This document shows positions 37,634 to 49,900 of a stretch of 63,742 nt of DNA, piece by piece (within the stretch, counting starts at the first letter, position 1; the number at the start of each line of letters is the position of its first letter). Position numbers and translations under genes: made by a program. The stretch comes from Lama glama (Eukaryota). The notes below the pieces were generated by a model, which saw nothing but the letters and a program-made list of their open reading frames with translations, did not search any database and was not told where the DNA came from. Location: contig CM052816.1 in assembly GCA_028534125.1 (NCBI GenBank), forward strand, positions 77,068,001 through 77,131,742, read 5' to 3'.

Positions 37634-39169
37634 AGCCGCGGGGGAGGGCAGAGGGCTGAGGGCTTTTGCAATTTCCCGTCTCGCTGCGCTCTCTTGGCCC
37701 TCCTGGACCCACAGGAATTCGCCTCCTTGGGGTCCGCGGGAAAAGCGGGTGGGACCCTGCTGAGGTGCGGCCCCTGGACTCCGCGGCCTGGCGCGGTCCG
37801 GTGGGAAAGGAAGTGGGCGAGGCCTGGGAAGGAAAAGTGGAAACCGAAAACTCGGCCAGCTGGGCATCGCGCCCCTGTCCGCGCTGCTGCCCCCGCCTGC
37901 CACCCCGCGGGACCCAGAGGGCAGCCGAGCGATCGCGGAGGCCGGTGGGGTCTCGCTGGGCAGCTTGTTGTCCCAAACCTAGAGACAGAATCTCTGCTCT
38001 CCCCAGCAGAAAATGTTTGGGCAAAAGACATGCTCCCTAGGCAGACTTCGGACTGTTTGCATTTGGCGTTCAGAGCAATAAAACGAGTTTGGTAGAGTTC
38101 TAAGATTCTGGGTCGCGTTCCTGTCTAGAAACGTCCTGTCAGACACAGTTTCGCCTGCAGCAACAGCCCTGAAACCTTAGTTTCACAAAGAACCGTGTGT
38201 GCTGCAACACGTCTTACTTTTCCTTTGAGAAATGCCACCACCCAGGCTTTGAAGTACATGTTTCAACTACAGGACCTTTGAAACACGTATTTTAGATGGA
38301 TTATCTAAAGCCATGTCGACTTTGGAGTTGGTATGGAAACCATCTTAATAATGCTGCTACCGTGGTAACCCTGGACCCAGAGAGGAGAGTCGTGGGTCCC
38401 CAGTGTTGGGCAGAGATGTCCATGGGTCCTAGCTCCGGGTCAGCTGAGCCTGGTGGGGTTCGGGTATTGCAGAGTGCTGCAGATGACAAGGACTGGGATG
38501 GAGGGGAACCAATAGTGATCAAGAAGGATCACCCATGAATTGTATCTGAGAATTACTTCTTGAATTGACTGCACGGCTCCAAATAATGTCAGAATCAGCC
38601 CAAATATTACTTTCATGTTTGTCCACATTTTTTGCTCCTTTCAGTGTCATCCCAGGGAAAGAATTCTTTTTAGGCCTAAAAACTCTTAGTATCTCATGGT
38701 GCCACGAAGACTGTGGTGCATATAGTTAATAGCTGATAATAATGAAGTAAAGTTACTTTTGTCTAAAGAAATGTATGGTCCTTTGCCACACCTCTCATTA
38801 CTTGGAGAGTTTTAAAGGATCCATTAGTTTAGCCATCTGCATAGCTATGGAACTTATGTCAAACCAGATCCTAGAGGGTTAGCAGAAAGGCTTTCTGATT
38901 CTGTACTTCGCTGGTGGAAAAAAAGTTAATTTCTTCTTTGCAGGAACAGTTCAGAGGGATGTCTCTTAGAGAAGAGGAGATGCCAAATAAAAAGTATTGA
39001 GTGTGAAGAATTTCTACAAGGTGAGTCTTAACTTACTTTGGGCTCTGGTAACAATTGAAAGAAACTAAGTTGCAAAAAAATTGGCGCTATTGGTTTACTC
39101 ACAACCTCAGGGATTACCCCCCACCCTACCCCATGAAATTCTAAATTGGCCTCCTTACACAAAGGTCAA

Positions 39170-39525
39170 GGAGAAACTGAAGAAAGAGGCAGAGCAGTTC
39201 AGATTGGTAGGTGGCAGTTTTGATAAGCGGGGAACTTACCTAGGAGGCCTGTCTCTGGCGGCAGCACGATGAATACTTCTCCTCACCTGCCTGCCACGAT
39301 CTTGAAAGTTTACATAGAGGCCTTGATGGGGTTCAGTCATGTGAACAGTTCAGATGGGCTCAATGACACATTGCTCTCTCAAGGCTGCATCCTGGAAAGT
39401 GGCTCCTGGTATAGGACCAGTGGGCAGAATGGACATTTCAAGGACAGAGGAGGGGGTAAGGAGCCTCTGCCTGGGGTTCTAGGGTCAACTGGAGGTCGTA
39501 TTCCTTCAATGACCTCCTCCAATGG
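39170..39525. mobile_element. Probable solo LTR, family unassigned
   Basis: LTR-like composition (cagattggtaggtggcagttttgataag...gacctcctccaa); termini not certain. Confidence 0.45.
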
Positions 39526-39639
39526 ATGCCCACATAAAATTCATTTATTTTGTGCACCATTCTAATTTCTTGAAAGTATTCCTGTTTCTGGAGACTAGTT
39601 ACTATAGCACCTGTAAATCTGTGACCATACCCTTAGGAT

Positions 39640-40062
39640 GTATACTAGGTTGACTAGTGTCCTCCAAATATTCATGTCCACCCAGAACTTCAGAATATGA
39701 CCCCATTTGGAAATACTGTTTTTGCAGATTTGATCAAGTTAAGATGAGCTCAGGCTGGATTAATCCAATGACCACTATCCTTACAGGACAAGGGAAATTT
39801 GATACCCAGGAAGAACACCATGTGACTACTGAGGCAGAGATTAGAGTTATTCTGCCTCAAGCTGAAGGATGCCGAGGATTGCTGATAACCAGCAGAAGCC
39901 AGGAGAAAGGTACAGAACAATTCTCCCTCTGAGTCCCTAAGGAAAAACTCATCTGCCAGTACCTTGATTTTTAGGGCTCCAGAACCCTGAGAGGATAGAT
40001 TTCTTCTGTTTTAAGCCACCGAGTTTGCGGTAATTTGTTACAACAGCCCCAGCAAACTGATA
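39640..40062 (+). mobile_element. MaLR solo LTR (MLT1C-like)
   Basis: attcatgtccacccagaacttcagaatatgacc...ttctgttttaagccacc...ttgttacaacagcc...aaactgata, typical MLT1 features. Confidence 0.8.
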
Positions 40063-41879
40063 TATAGGTATGTGTGTGATACATATTCTGAAGGTTAGTT
40101 TCCAAAATTAGCCTGAAAATAGCTGAAATGGAAAAGAGGAAAATAACAAAGGATTATGAAGCTAAGGGCTGAAACGCATTTCCTTGCTTAGTGTTGAGAA
40201 GATTATGTTGGGAAAAAATGCATATTTATTGTGCTCCATTTCACACTCCTCCCCGAAGTTCTCTGTAACTTCTGATTTCAGTAGTACAGCTCTCTCCACT
40301 CCCCCTACCATTTCCCTTTCTTCCCTGTCCCCTTCTTGATCTCCACTTGTCCCCAAGATGTTGACATGTCCCAGGGCTCCATCCTTGACACTCCTCTCTG
40401 AATCCACACAGCCTCCTGAGTGATCACATGCTCCTGATTTCCATGGTCACCTGTGTGCCGATGACCCTTGAATCTTCCTTTCCATTGCAATTATTTCATC
40501 TGAACTCCAAACCAACTTATTTGCACTTCAAAATCAATATGTCCAAGTTCAAACTCTTCACTTTTCCCAGTTTGATTCTCTTACATTAAGTGAATAGCCC
40601 AATCTTTTAATTCAGATACCAAATCAAAAAAACCAGGAATGACTCTTGATCCATCCTCCCTCCATCTTCCACCAGAAAAGTCTCATATGTGTGACTATTA
40701 CAGGGGAGGCATGAGTGGGATGTACCCCTACCCTATCTGACTTCTCAGGGGAAATATCATATTATAAATGTCAGGAACTTTACATAGATATGGCTATGGA
40801 TATAGTTATAGGCATAAGTATATGAAATCAGCTATGTAAATTGTAAAATATAATTATGATTCTATTTATTCAACTGCTACAAATGTCTATAATTACATGT
40901 TTGGCAGTATTTGGTAACCAAACTGATGGATTTGAAGGAATTCGGAGTTTTCTGAAGAAAGAGGCTTCATCAAGTAAGTAGTGGATGATGATTTACAATT
41001 ACTCTCATGGATAAGAATTCTCTGGTTTTTTTTTTTTTGGCATATTACCACATTTGACATTTTAAAGATTCACTTTTAGGTCTAATAGGATGTTTCTGTG
41101 AATATGAGTGTTGGTGATACTGGCATTATTTCTAAGGAATCAATGGAAATTAGTTATTTTGTAAATGTATTCTTGTATTGTGAAAAACTTAATAAGCCTT
41201 TTGAAAAGTTTCTAATCTAAAATATATCATAAAGTTTGATTAGTTAAGAGAAATCTATGACTTTCAAATATATCTATTAAAAACAAAAGCAAGCAAAAAA
41301 AGGGAGCCAGCAATGACCAAGCAAGGTGTTGAGTGTTAGAGGGCCACATGGGACTTTCACATTTTATAATTTCAGGGGATTCCCTGTAAGTACTTGAGTC
41401 TGAATTGCTTTCCTTTCAATATCTGTTAAGTGAATTTAAGGGAGGGGTACCATCATCCTTAATAGTTCTAAGGAGTTTCTTGTTTGAGATAGAGATTCCT
41501 GGAAGATTGGTTGATGAATTGATTGATTCTGCACATTCCACCTCTCCTGGGTATTGCGATTGTGTTCACACCTTATTCCAGAAATCAGAAACCAGACAAC
41601 GGGGAGAACTTTTAAAGTTCTTTTTCTTTTTCCACTGCATGAGCTTTAGGGATGATGTTGACTCTGCGTTGGTTTGGATAGCTGCTTTTATTCTCTTGGC
41701 CTATGGTTATGGTTGACAAAAATGACTATGGTAATTAATACTGCAGAATAGAACAATAATCGAGTTAGAAAGTGCTTTGGGTGAGAGTTACGTGGGAACT
41801 TTGGGAATTTTTGAAAACGATTTGCTAAGCTTGACCTAAAATAAGTCTATAGTCACGTATATATTAAAACAGCATGTCT

Positions 41880-43990
41880 TATAGACTGTAGTTGGGACTT
41901 TTCGAAAAAGTTCGTTCTGCCATTCTCTGCATTTTAATTTGATTGGGAGTGTTTGGCACACTTACTTTTAAGGCAATTATTGATATGGTTGGGTTTAACC
42001 TACCATTTTACTATATGCTGTTTTGTTCCCTCTGCTTTTTGTCCTTCTGTTTCTCCTTTTTTGCCTTCTTTTACTTACATGATGTGTTTTGTTTTGTTTT
42101 GTTTTTAGAATTTTATTTTCAACTTGCCTTTTGAGTTTTTGTTATTCTTTGCAGGATTTTTGGTGTGTGTTCTGTGGAGTAGAATATATATACTTAAATT
42201 TCTTATTGTTTATTTGAGATAATATTGTGCCATTTCATCTACCAGATCCATTTAACCACACCTCCTGCCCTTTACATTACAGTTGTAAAATGTATTAGAT
42301 GCATGACAAGGTAAACCTGGCATTTGATAACATTTTGCAGAAATTAAGATGAAAAACAGTCTTTTACGTTTACCTACATATTTCCCTTTACTCCAGTGTT
42401 CTTCAGTCCTCCCAAAGATGTAAGTTTCCATCCAATCTCATTTCCCAAACCCTAAAGATCTTTAGAATTTTTTTTTTTAGTGCAGGTCTATTGGAGATAC
42501 ATTCTCTTAAATTTCCTTTTATTTTAAAATGTCTTTACTTGATTTCATCCTTGAGGAATATTTTTCCTGGATATAAGATTTTTGGTTGACAGCTTTTTCC
42601 TTCGAACAGTTTCAAAATGTTGTTCCATGGTTTTCTGGCCTCTGTTGTTTCTGATGAGAAATTATCAGTTATTATTCAAATAATTGTTCCCCTGTATAGA
42701 TAATGTGTCATTTTTCTCTGGTTGCTTTCAATATTTTCTCTTTGGTTATCAGTAGTTTGACAATGATATGCCTAGAGATTTAAAAATTATTATTTTTATT
42801 ATTATTATTCTTGGGCCTGACATTTGTTGAACTTCTTAAATTTGCAAATCTGTCTTTTACCAAATTTGAGAAGTTATCAGCTAGTATTTCTTCAAATTTT
42901 TTTTTCTGCCCCATTATTTTTCTCATCTTTCTCTGAGAATCCAATTACTCATATGTTAGACTCCTTCATATAGTCCTAAACACTCATGTGGCTCTGTTAA
43001 TTATTTTCAGTCTTTTTTCTTTGTGTTTTTCAGGCTGGATAATTTCTAGCAAACAATATTTAAGTTTATTGACTCCTCTTCATTCTGCTACCAAATTCAT
43101 CCACTACATTTTGCGTGACAGTGTGTATTTCAGCTCTTAAACTTTTCCTTTTTATATATATTTTCTATTTCTTTAGTGATATTTACCAACCTTTAGGTCA
43201 TGATGGTTATATTTCCTTTACCTCATGGAGCATAGTTATAACTGCTGCTTTTAAAGCATTGCTTGGTTATTCTAACATTTAGACATCTTAGAGTCAGTCT
43301 CTATTGGTTATTTCTCTTATAAGAATAGATCTAATTTTCCTGGTTTATTTATTTATTTATTTATTTTTGGATTGTGAAGTAATTTTGGATTACAGTCTGA
43401 ATGTTTAACTATTACATTATAAAAACAAGATTCTGTTGTATTCCTCCAATGACATTGATTTTCTTTTTAAATGGGTAATTAATGTGGTTAGACTCAAACT
43501 GCAAAAATGATATTGATTGTAGTAGTAGCACCCCAAAACCAAATTCATTTTTGTTTTCTTCTTTTTTTTTTTTTTGCCCTTAGCTGGGCTACTTTGAGTC
43601 TGCCTTGTACAATCATGGTTCAGAGATTATGATGTAGAGTTTAAACACAGAATATAAGCTTCTTCCTCTCTGGCTCTCTCTTTTCTGCTATTTCCCACCT
43701 CACTTGCCAAAGGATGTGGTTGCCTCAAAGTCTGACCTCTGGTTCTTCAAGCCAGAAATATTGCGCACTTTCTAACTGAGTTTTAGTGAGCCCCACACTC
43801 GCAGACTTGGGTAGTCTCGGGCTAAAGGCCATAAGATGTGGGAAAACTCAGTCCATACTCTTCCCCTTCTTCCAAGTGTTAACTCTTCTCCAGAATCTTT
43901 GTGCTTTTGTCAATTCTCCATGGCTTTTAAGGTTTTTTTTAATGTTCTTTCCTAGTTTCTAATGTTTTTTTACTGTTATAAGCAGGAGAG
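41880..43990 (-). mobile_element. Old LINE-1 5'/ORF1-region fragment
   Basis: T-rich antisense L1 signatures (ttctggcctctgttgtttctgatgagaaa, ccaaatttgagaagttatcagcta). Confidence 0.7.
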
Positions 43991-46900
43991 GCAGTTTAAT
44001 AGGAGCTGTGACTGGAAGTACACTCCCTACACTTATATTTTGAAGAGCTAAGTGACTGGGTTCTTGGGAGAAAATAGTAGGAACTCTCTCTTTTTTTTTT
44101 TTTCTTTGCTAGATTAGATTTCTCTCTAATTAAATATTCTTCTGAAACAATCCGGTTTTTCAAAAGATTGAAATATATTTGCTTTAGACTTAAATCTGAT
44201 AATTGATGAAAAGCTGCTGAAATCATGTAAGATTAATCTATTATCTTAAACAGCAGCTTAGAATGAAGATTTATGAGTATTAATAACACTATACTACTAA
44301 GAAAAGAGTTTTAGGCAAAAAAGAGGATTGGTCAAACTAGTCCTTGAACTTCCTGTGACTTTGTTCAAATGCTACGAGCAAAGTTTATTTGAGGGAATTA
44401 ACAGTAAGCTACAGCTTTATCTTTGTGATTCCATTTGTGCTTAAATTAATTTCATCTAGACTGAAGTGAAAACTTCTTAAAGGCACTCCCTTCTTTATTC
44501 TGTCTTTTCTGCTCCTTAAATATAGCCTCTTTAATTCTAACACAACAGCAATTATTTTGTCCATTATCAAATGTTATCAGATGATAGTTAGTCACTTTGG
44601 AATAATACTCAGGTAATTTCCACATACCCCTGGCATTTTGTGGGAAACAGGTCAGGCAGTAATGTTCATTCAAGTTCAACAGAAAATAACCAAGCTAAAC
44701 TGGAATAAGATGAAAAACTTAGAGTAAGAAGGGGAGAGATGTTATGAAATTTATGTTATTGGATTGTAGCAAAAATAATCACAAGTACTTGTTTTCCTAG
44801 AAATTATTGGAACATGATGCCTGAAGATGAGGATATAAATGTTTTGGAAAAGAATGACAACAGACAATATCTTTTGAAAATGCTCCTTCTTCTTAGAAAG
44901 AAGAAATAATAATAAAGATTATTCACTTACTTGGAAATGTAGACTTACATGCACAGTTGCAAAATTATAACGCACACACACAGATGCTCACTAGAAGAAC
45001 ATTGTTGGGGGAATGGGGACACAGTAGGAAAAAAACATTGTTTATAATAGCAAAGACTAGTGAAAAGCTAAAGATCTTGCAATAGAAGACCGAAAATTCC
45101 TTATGATTCATCGTTTCAAATAAAGGGAGAGTACGTGCTGTATGTGGTGCTCTGGAAATGTGTCCAAGAAATATAATTAAGTGAGAAAAGTAAGAATCAG
45201 AAATGTGTAAATGGTGTGTTCATGCATCTGTTTAACTTGCTGCTATTTGTGGGTTTTATATGTAAGCATGTTTTGAATGGTATTAATGAAATTGGTGATT
45301 ATGGTTGTTCTTGGGGAGAAGGTCTAAGAAGGGGGGATGCTGTGTAAGGGAGGCTTGTACTTTTCATTTAAACCTGTCTGTGCAGATTAGTTTTATTTTT
45401 ACCATTTGTTTTTATTTTTTAAAGTAATAATTTAAAAAATCAAAGAATGCAAGGAACTTAGTTTATTGTTTGTTTTGGCTGTTCTACTCAAGTTATAATC
45501 AATTATAATCTCTCTAAGGATGTAAAAGAAACACAATTAATTGCTTCTGGGAAAGAGAACCGAGGGACAGAGGGGAGAGTTTTAATTCTGTCCTTGTGTA
45601 TCTTTTGAATTCTTATCCATGTAAATATATTATTTAGTTAAAGAATAAAAAATTTTAAAACATTATGATTAACAGGAACAAAAAAAATGAAACACCGATC
45701 GAGAGTGTTGTATGTGAGTTCAGCATGTCAGCCAGCGGGCTTCCTCCAGCCTGAACAGAAAGATCTGAGTCTGAGTTTAGACGCAGGCTGTGCTGCAGTT
45801 GTCTGAGGATTCCAGCTCCTGGAAGCAGTTTTAGATGTTGGCCTCATAGAACTAGGGGAGCAAGGTAGGGTGGGTTGGGGCACAGAACCCCCTATGGGGA
45901 GGAGGGGGCCCGATTTCAGGAAGTCCATGGCCAGACAACCTCAACGTCAGGGGTCATCCTCCAGATAATTCTGCTCATCTCTTTCCACTTTTTTAAAAAA
46001 AATAGCTCTCTGTAGAAAACTTAAAGTTATAGAAAAATAAAAAGGAATAATCACTATCTGCTTATTTAAAATAGGAAAAAAACCCCAACCTAACACTTCT
46101 TAATTTAGCAACATAATTGTCAATCACCAAAGTGTTGTTTTTTACTTACAATAATGGAAAGTAGGAAGCAACTTGCAAGTTTTAGATTCACTTATTTACT
46201 TAAGGCATCACTGGGCTCTGTGCCGCAACAAACTGAGATTGGATTGTCCTTCCTCTTCCAAGTGGCGACTCGAGGATGGAGGCTGCTTCCATGGTATAGC
46301 CTTGCATCTGGAACACGTGGCTTCCAGAGCTGCTTGCAGCAGCAAAAGAGAGGGCAAGAGGATGACATGGGTTGGTTTTAAGACCAGGGCCAGTCACTTT
46401 CACCCAGATTTCATTGACTGAAACTCAGTCACATGGTCCAAACTGAACTGCAGGGGAGCCTGGAAAATGGAACCAGTCTGTGTGCCCAGGAAGAGAAAAC
46501 AGGAGCATGAAGGTGTGAAGACATTGTCTGTTAGTAGATTATGATATACCTTTGTAATGGAATATCATTCAGCCATTGAAAATTAGGTTTCCAAGTGTAT
46601 TTAAGACAGACAAATGCCAATGATAAGTGAAAAAGCAAAATACAGAATCTTTCGATTCTAATTTTGGAAAAACATATTTGTACATGTATATGTGTGCTTA
46701 TAACTATAGACTAGAAGGAAACATGTTCTTCATGGATATCTCTAAGTGGTAGGGTTGTAAGTAATTTTTTTAATACTTTTGAAGAAATCACTAATCTTTT
46801 TCAGTGATCACATATTCCTTTAAAAAGAAGTATGTATTATAATCTGAAAAACAGGGTTTTTTAAAAAGTGAAAATATCCTCAGATCATCTGAAACTAGAG

Positions 46901-49900
46901 ATGACACTTAAAATTCCTTGGTAACTTGCTGCAGACTATGCATTTGAATTTTTGCTAGTTAGCTTTTTTAAAAAAAAACAAGTCAGCAGAAGGCAGCTCT
47001 CTGATTTAGTGCTTATTTTTCCTCACAGCATAGATGCTAGCCAAATTCTCTGTTTTAAACATTAATTGTGGCCAGAATCATATATTTGATTTATTCCCTT
47101 GGGAAGAAGCCACATCTGAAACCTATCTTTGTCAATTGCAACACTTATTGAATAGTATATATTTTGCTGAACAGAACAAATAAGCCAATCAGGTCTGCCC
47201 TTCCAGGAGTGTTTAGTCTACAGCAGACAGTGCTAACCTACAGACAGGCTTAGTCGCAAAACTAGGAGAGAAGAGTAGTTGCATGCAGTGAACTCTGCTC
47301 TTATAAGAAGACAGTCATAGTGTGTTTGGAAGAGAATGAGGGCTGGGCCAAGGGGTTGCATATTCCAGTAGGACATAGCTTGATGGAAACCATATTTGAG
47401 ACTTTGTGGATTAAAAAATACATATCATTTTTAATATCTATATAAGGCAAAGAATTGACAGGATAGGAACAGACAAAATACAGACGCTCATTAAAAACAA
47501 GAAAATTTGCTTAATATGTATTTTAAATTCAACATGTTAGAAAAATGTACAAGATTGATCATGTCCAATGTCAACAGGGGTGTGGGTCAACACTTAATTC
47601 TCAAATGCTGTTGGTGGGAGTACAGGTTAGCCTTTATACTACCAAAATTTTAAACGTATGTTTCCTTTAATGGAGAAATTGAATGTCTAAGGGTAACTGA
47701 CTCAGCAGAAATAATGTGGGTGGACGCGTGAGGCTTCTGCTGTCCTACTGTCCACCTTCATAAGCTAACCTGTGAGGTACAGTTGTCTTTCTCAGTCCCT
47801 CAGCAGGCCTGGTAATGTCCAAAGCAACTCACCAAACCTACCAGTTCACAGCAGGACAAACAGCAGAGAAAGAGACCCTAAAGAGCCCTCTAGTGGCCGA
47901 TTTTCAGAGAACAGGCTCTTTAAGGAATGCTCCAAGCCTTTCCAGCAAGGAGCCAAAAGACAAGTCTGACATCACAGGGCATCAATGCTTGGCCTGCCAC
48001 CCCTCACCTCCAGGGTCTTGTACTGGCTGGGAACAGCCCTTTGGCTTGGCTTTGCCTAAAATGAGGTCTGGGTGTTCCACAGCTGCTGCAACCTCAAATT
48101 CCTTCCCACTAGTGTGCCAGTGCAGACAGCCAAGGAACCTGGCAAAATCCCCAGTTGTGTGGATGATGGACTTGTGTGGACTCCCCTTCTCCCCATAAAG
48201 CCCAGGGACATTGGTAAAGCAATTCCCTGAAGCAGCTTAGGTTTCCAACTGCTTCCTTGAAAATATGCAAATTAACTTTTAAAATGACCTTGACTTATAC
48301 AAGATTGAGTAAGTAAGGAAATGATTACACAGGCGGGAAAGACTTGGCATTCCCAAAGAGCTGCATTTATATTTGCAGAGTGCTTATTTTGTGCCAGGTA
48401 TCAGGGCTGCCACAGCTGCTGGTGTAACGTGCTGGGCCACCCACACCTTGAAGGTACCACTGTACGTTATTAGCAAAAAAGTGGGTGCAGGGCTTGGCAG
48501 AGAGATGGAACCTTTGTGTGAAGGCAAAAATGCTCTCTTCTCAGGCATAAGTACCTGCATGCTGAGACACATAATTTGGTGAGAGAAGAGGGCTTGAGTT
48601 AGTACCCACTCACCCTTGCTCTGCTGTCCAGGCACCTTGACAAATGCATCAGCCTCAAAGGTGTACCAGTAGCCCTGCGTTTGTGCAATGCTGAAAGCAC
48701 TCAGCCAAGGGAAGAGTGAGGGCTGAAATCTAACCTCGCTCTGCTGACAAAGCCCTGAGCCATGTCAGTCTAGAGGGGTCACCTTTGTGCAATAAGCTCA
48801 AATATGCCTTGTGTGCAAGTGCCCTGGGTCTACATTGTGTCGTCCTCTAATGACCCTGTAAGGTAGGCAAAGATGGGTTTAGTATAAAGCTAATGATGCA
48901 GACATTTCCAAGATTCAGGGATTGGTTTAGGCACTAGTTCACATGGTCATAGTTTGTCCTAAAATTTGCAAAAATAAGATCATTTAACTGTAATCACTTA
49001 AAACGATCATCATAGCAACTTTTGGAGATGGGTACAATTATCTTTTATAACCGAGACACAGTTAATTAGCAGTACTATTAAGTGGTAGGGCCTGAATTTG
49101 TTGCAAGCTAACCGATTGTGGAGAATATGTATATTGTTTCCAAGGAAACAACGCTTCCAGGAGAATCCTACCATGGGCAGTTCATTCTTGCCCCCAATTC
49201 TCCAAATATCAGAATAAATGAGGAACATCTTTAGATGTTGTTCAAGTCAGAGGAGACTGATCATAGGCAGAGAACAAACTGTGGAGGTCAAGCCAGAAAG
49301 ATGCAATGGTCTCTGTGAAGCCAGCCCTAGATGTTGTGTGGCAGCTGGACCACAGTCATTGTGACCAAGAAGAATAATGTGTCTTGTGGCCACTGTGTTA
49401 CTTAAGGTACAGTCTGAAACAAAACACTGTGGTTTAACTAAAACCCAACTTTATCTCCTCCGCATTTGACAGTCTAGAGATGAGTGGTCTGGTAGAGAGG
49501 CAGTTCTGACGTGCTAAATCCATGGCCTCCAAGAGCACTCCAGCCATCACCTTTCTCCACCTACAAGAAAGGGGGCTTGAGACTCCTTTTGGTTCAGATG
49601 TAGCCACATGGTCATATTTAGCTGTTTTAGAAGTCGAGAAATTCGAATCTATTTAGGCTCAGGTAAAACTTGGAGGTTCTTTTACTAAAAGGAAGATGCA
49701 TATTGAGAGAATGTTAGCAGTATCTACCAACACCCTGAGGCCAAGAGTGGTTTGACTTGGAAATCTGTGAGGCCTGAGACCTGTGGGCACAAAGTGAGAA
49801 TTAGTGTGTATTATAGGACAAAGAAAGTGAGCAAGAGAGACAGACCTTGCCAGGAGGTAACAGTGAGACACAGGCTGCATGGGGTCAGGAGAATGTGGAG

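Larger units (their letters stand above)
37080..37960. promoter_or_regulatory. CpG island / OSMR promoter
   Basis: Very GC- and CpG-rich block with several GC boxes surrounding the exon 1 donor. Confidence 0.92.

Noticed and set aside
37208..38095. Cluster of overlapping 87-187 aa ORFs
   Set aside because: Stop-codon-poor GC-rich CpG island; low-complexity Ala/Arg/Pro/Gly translations with no domain.
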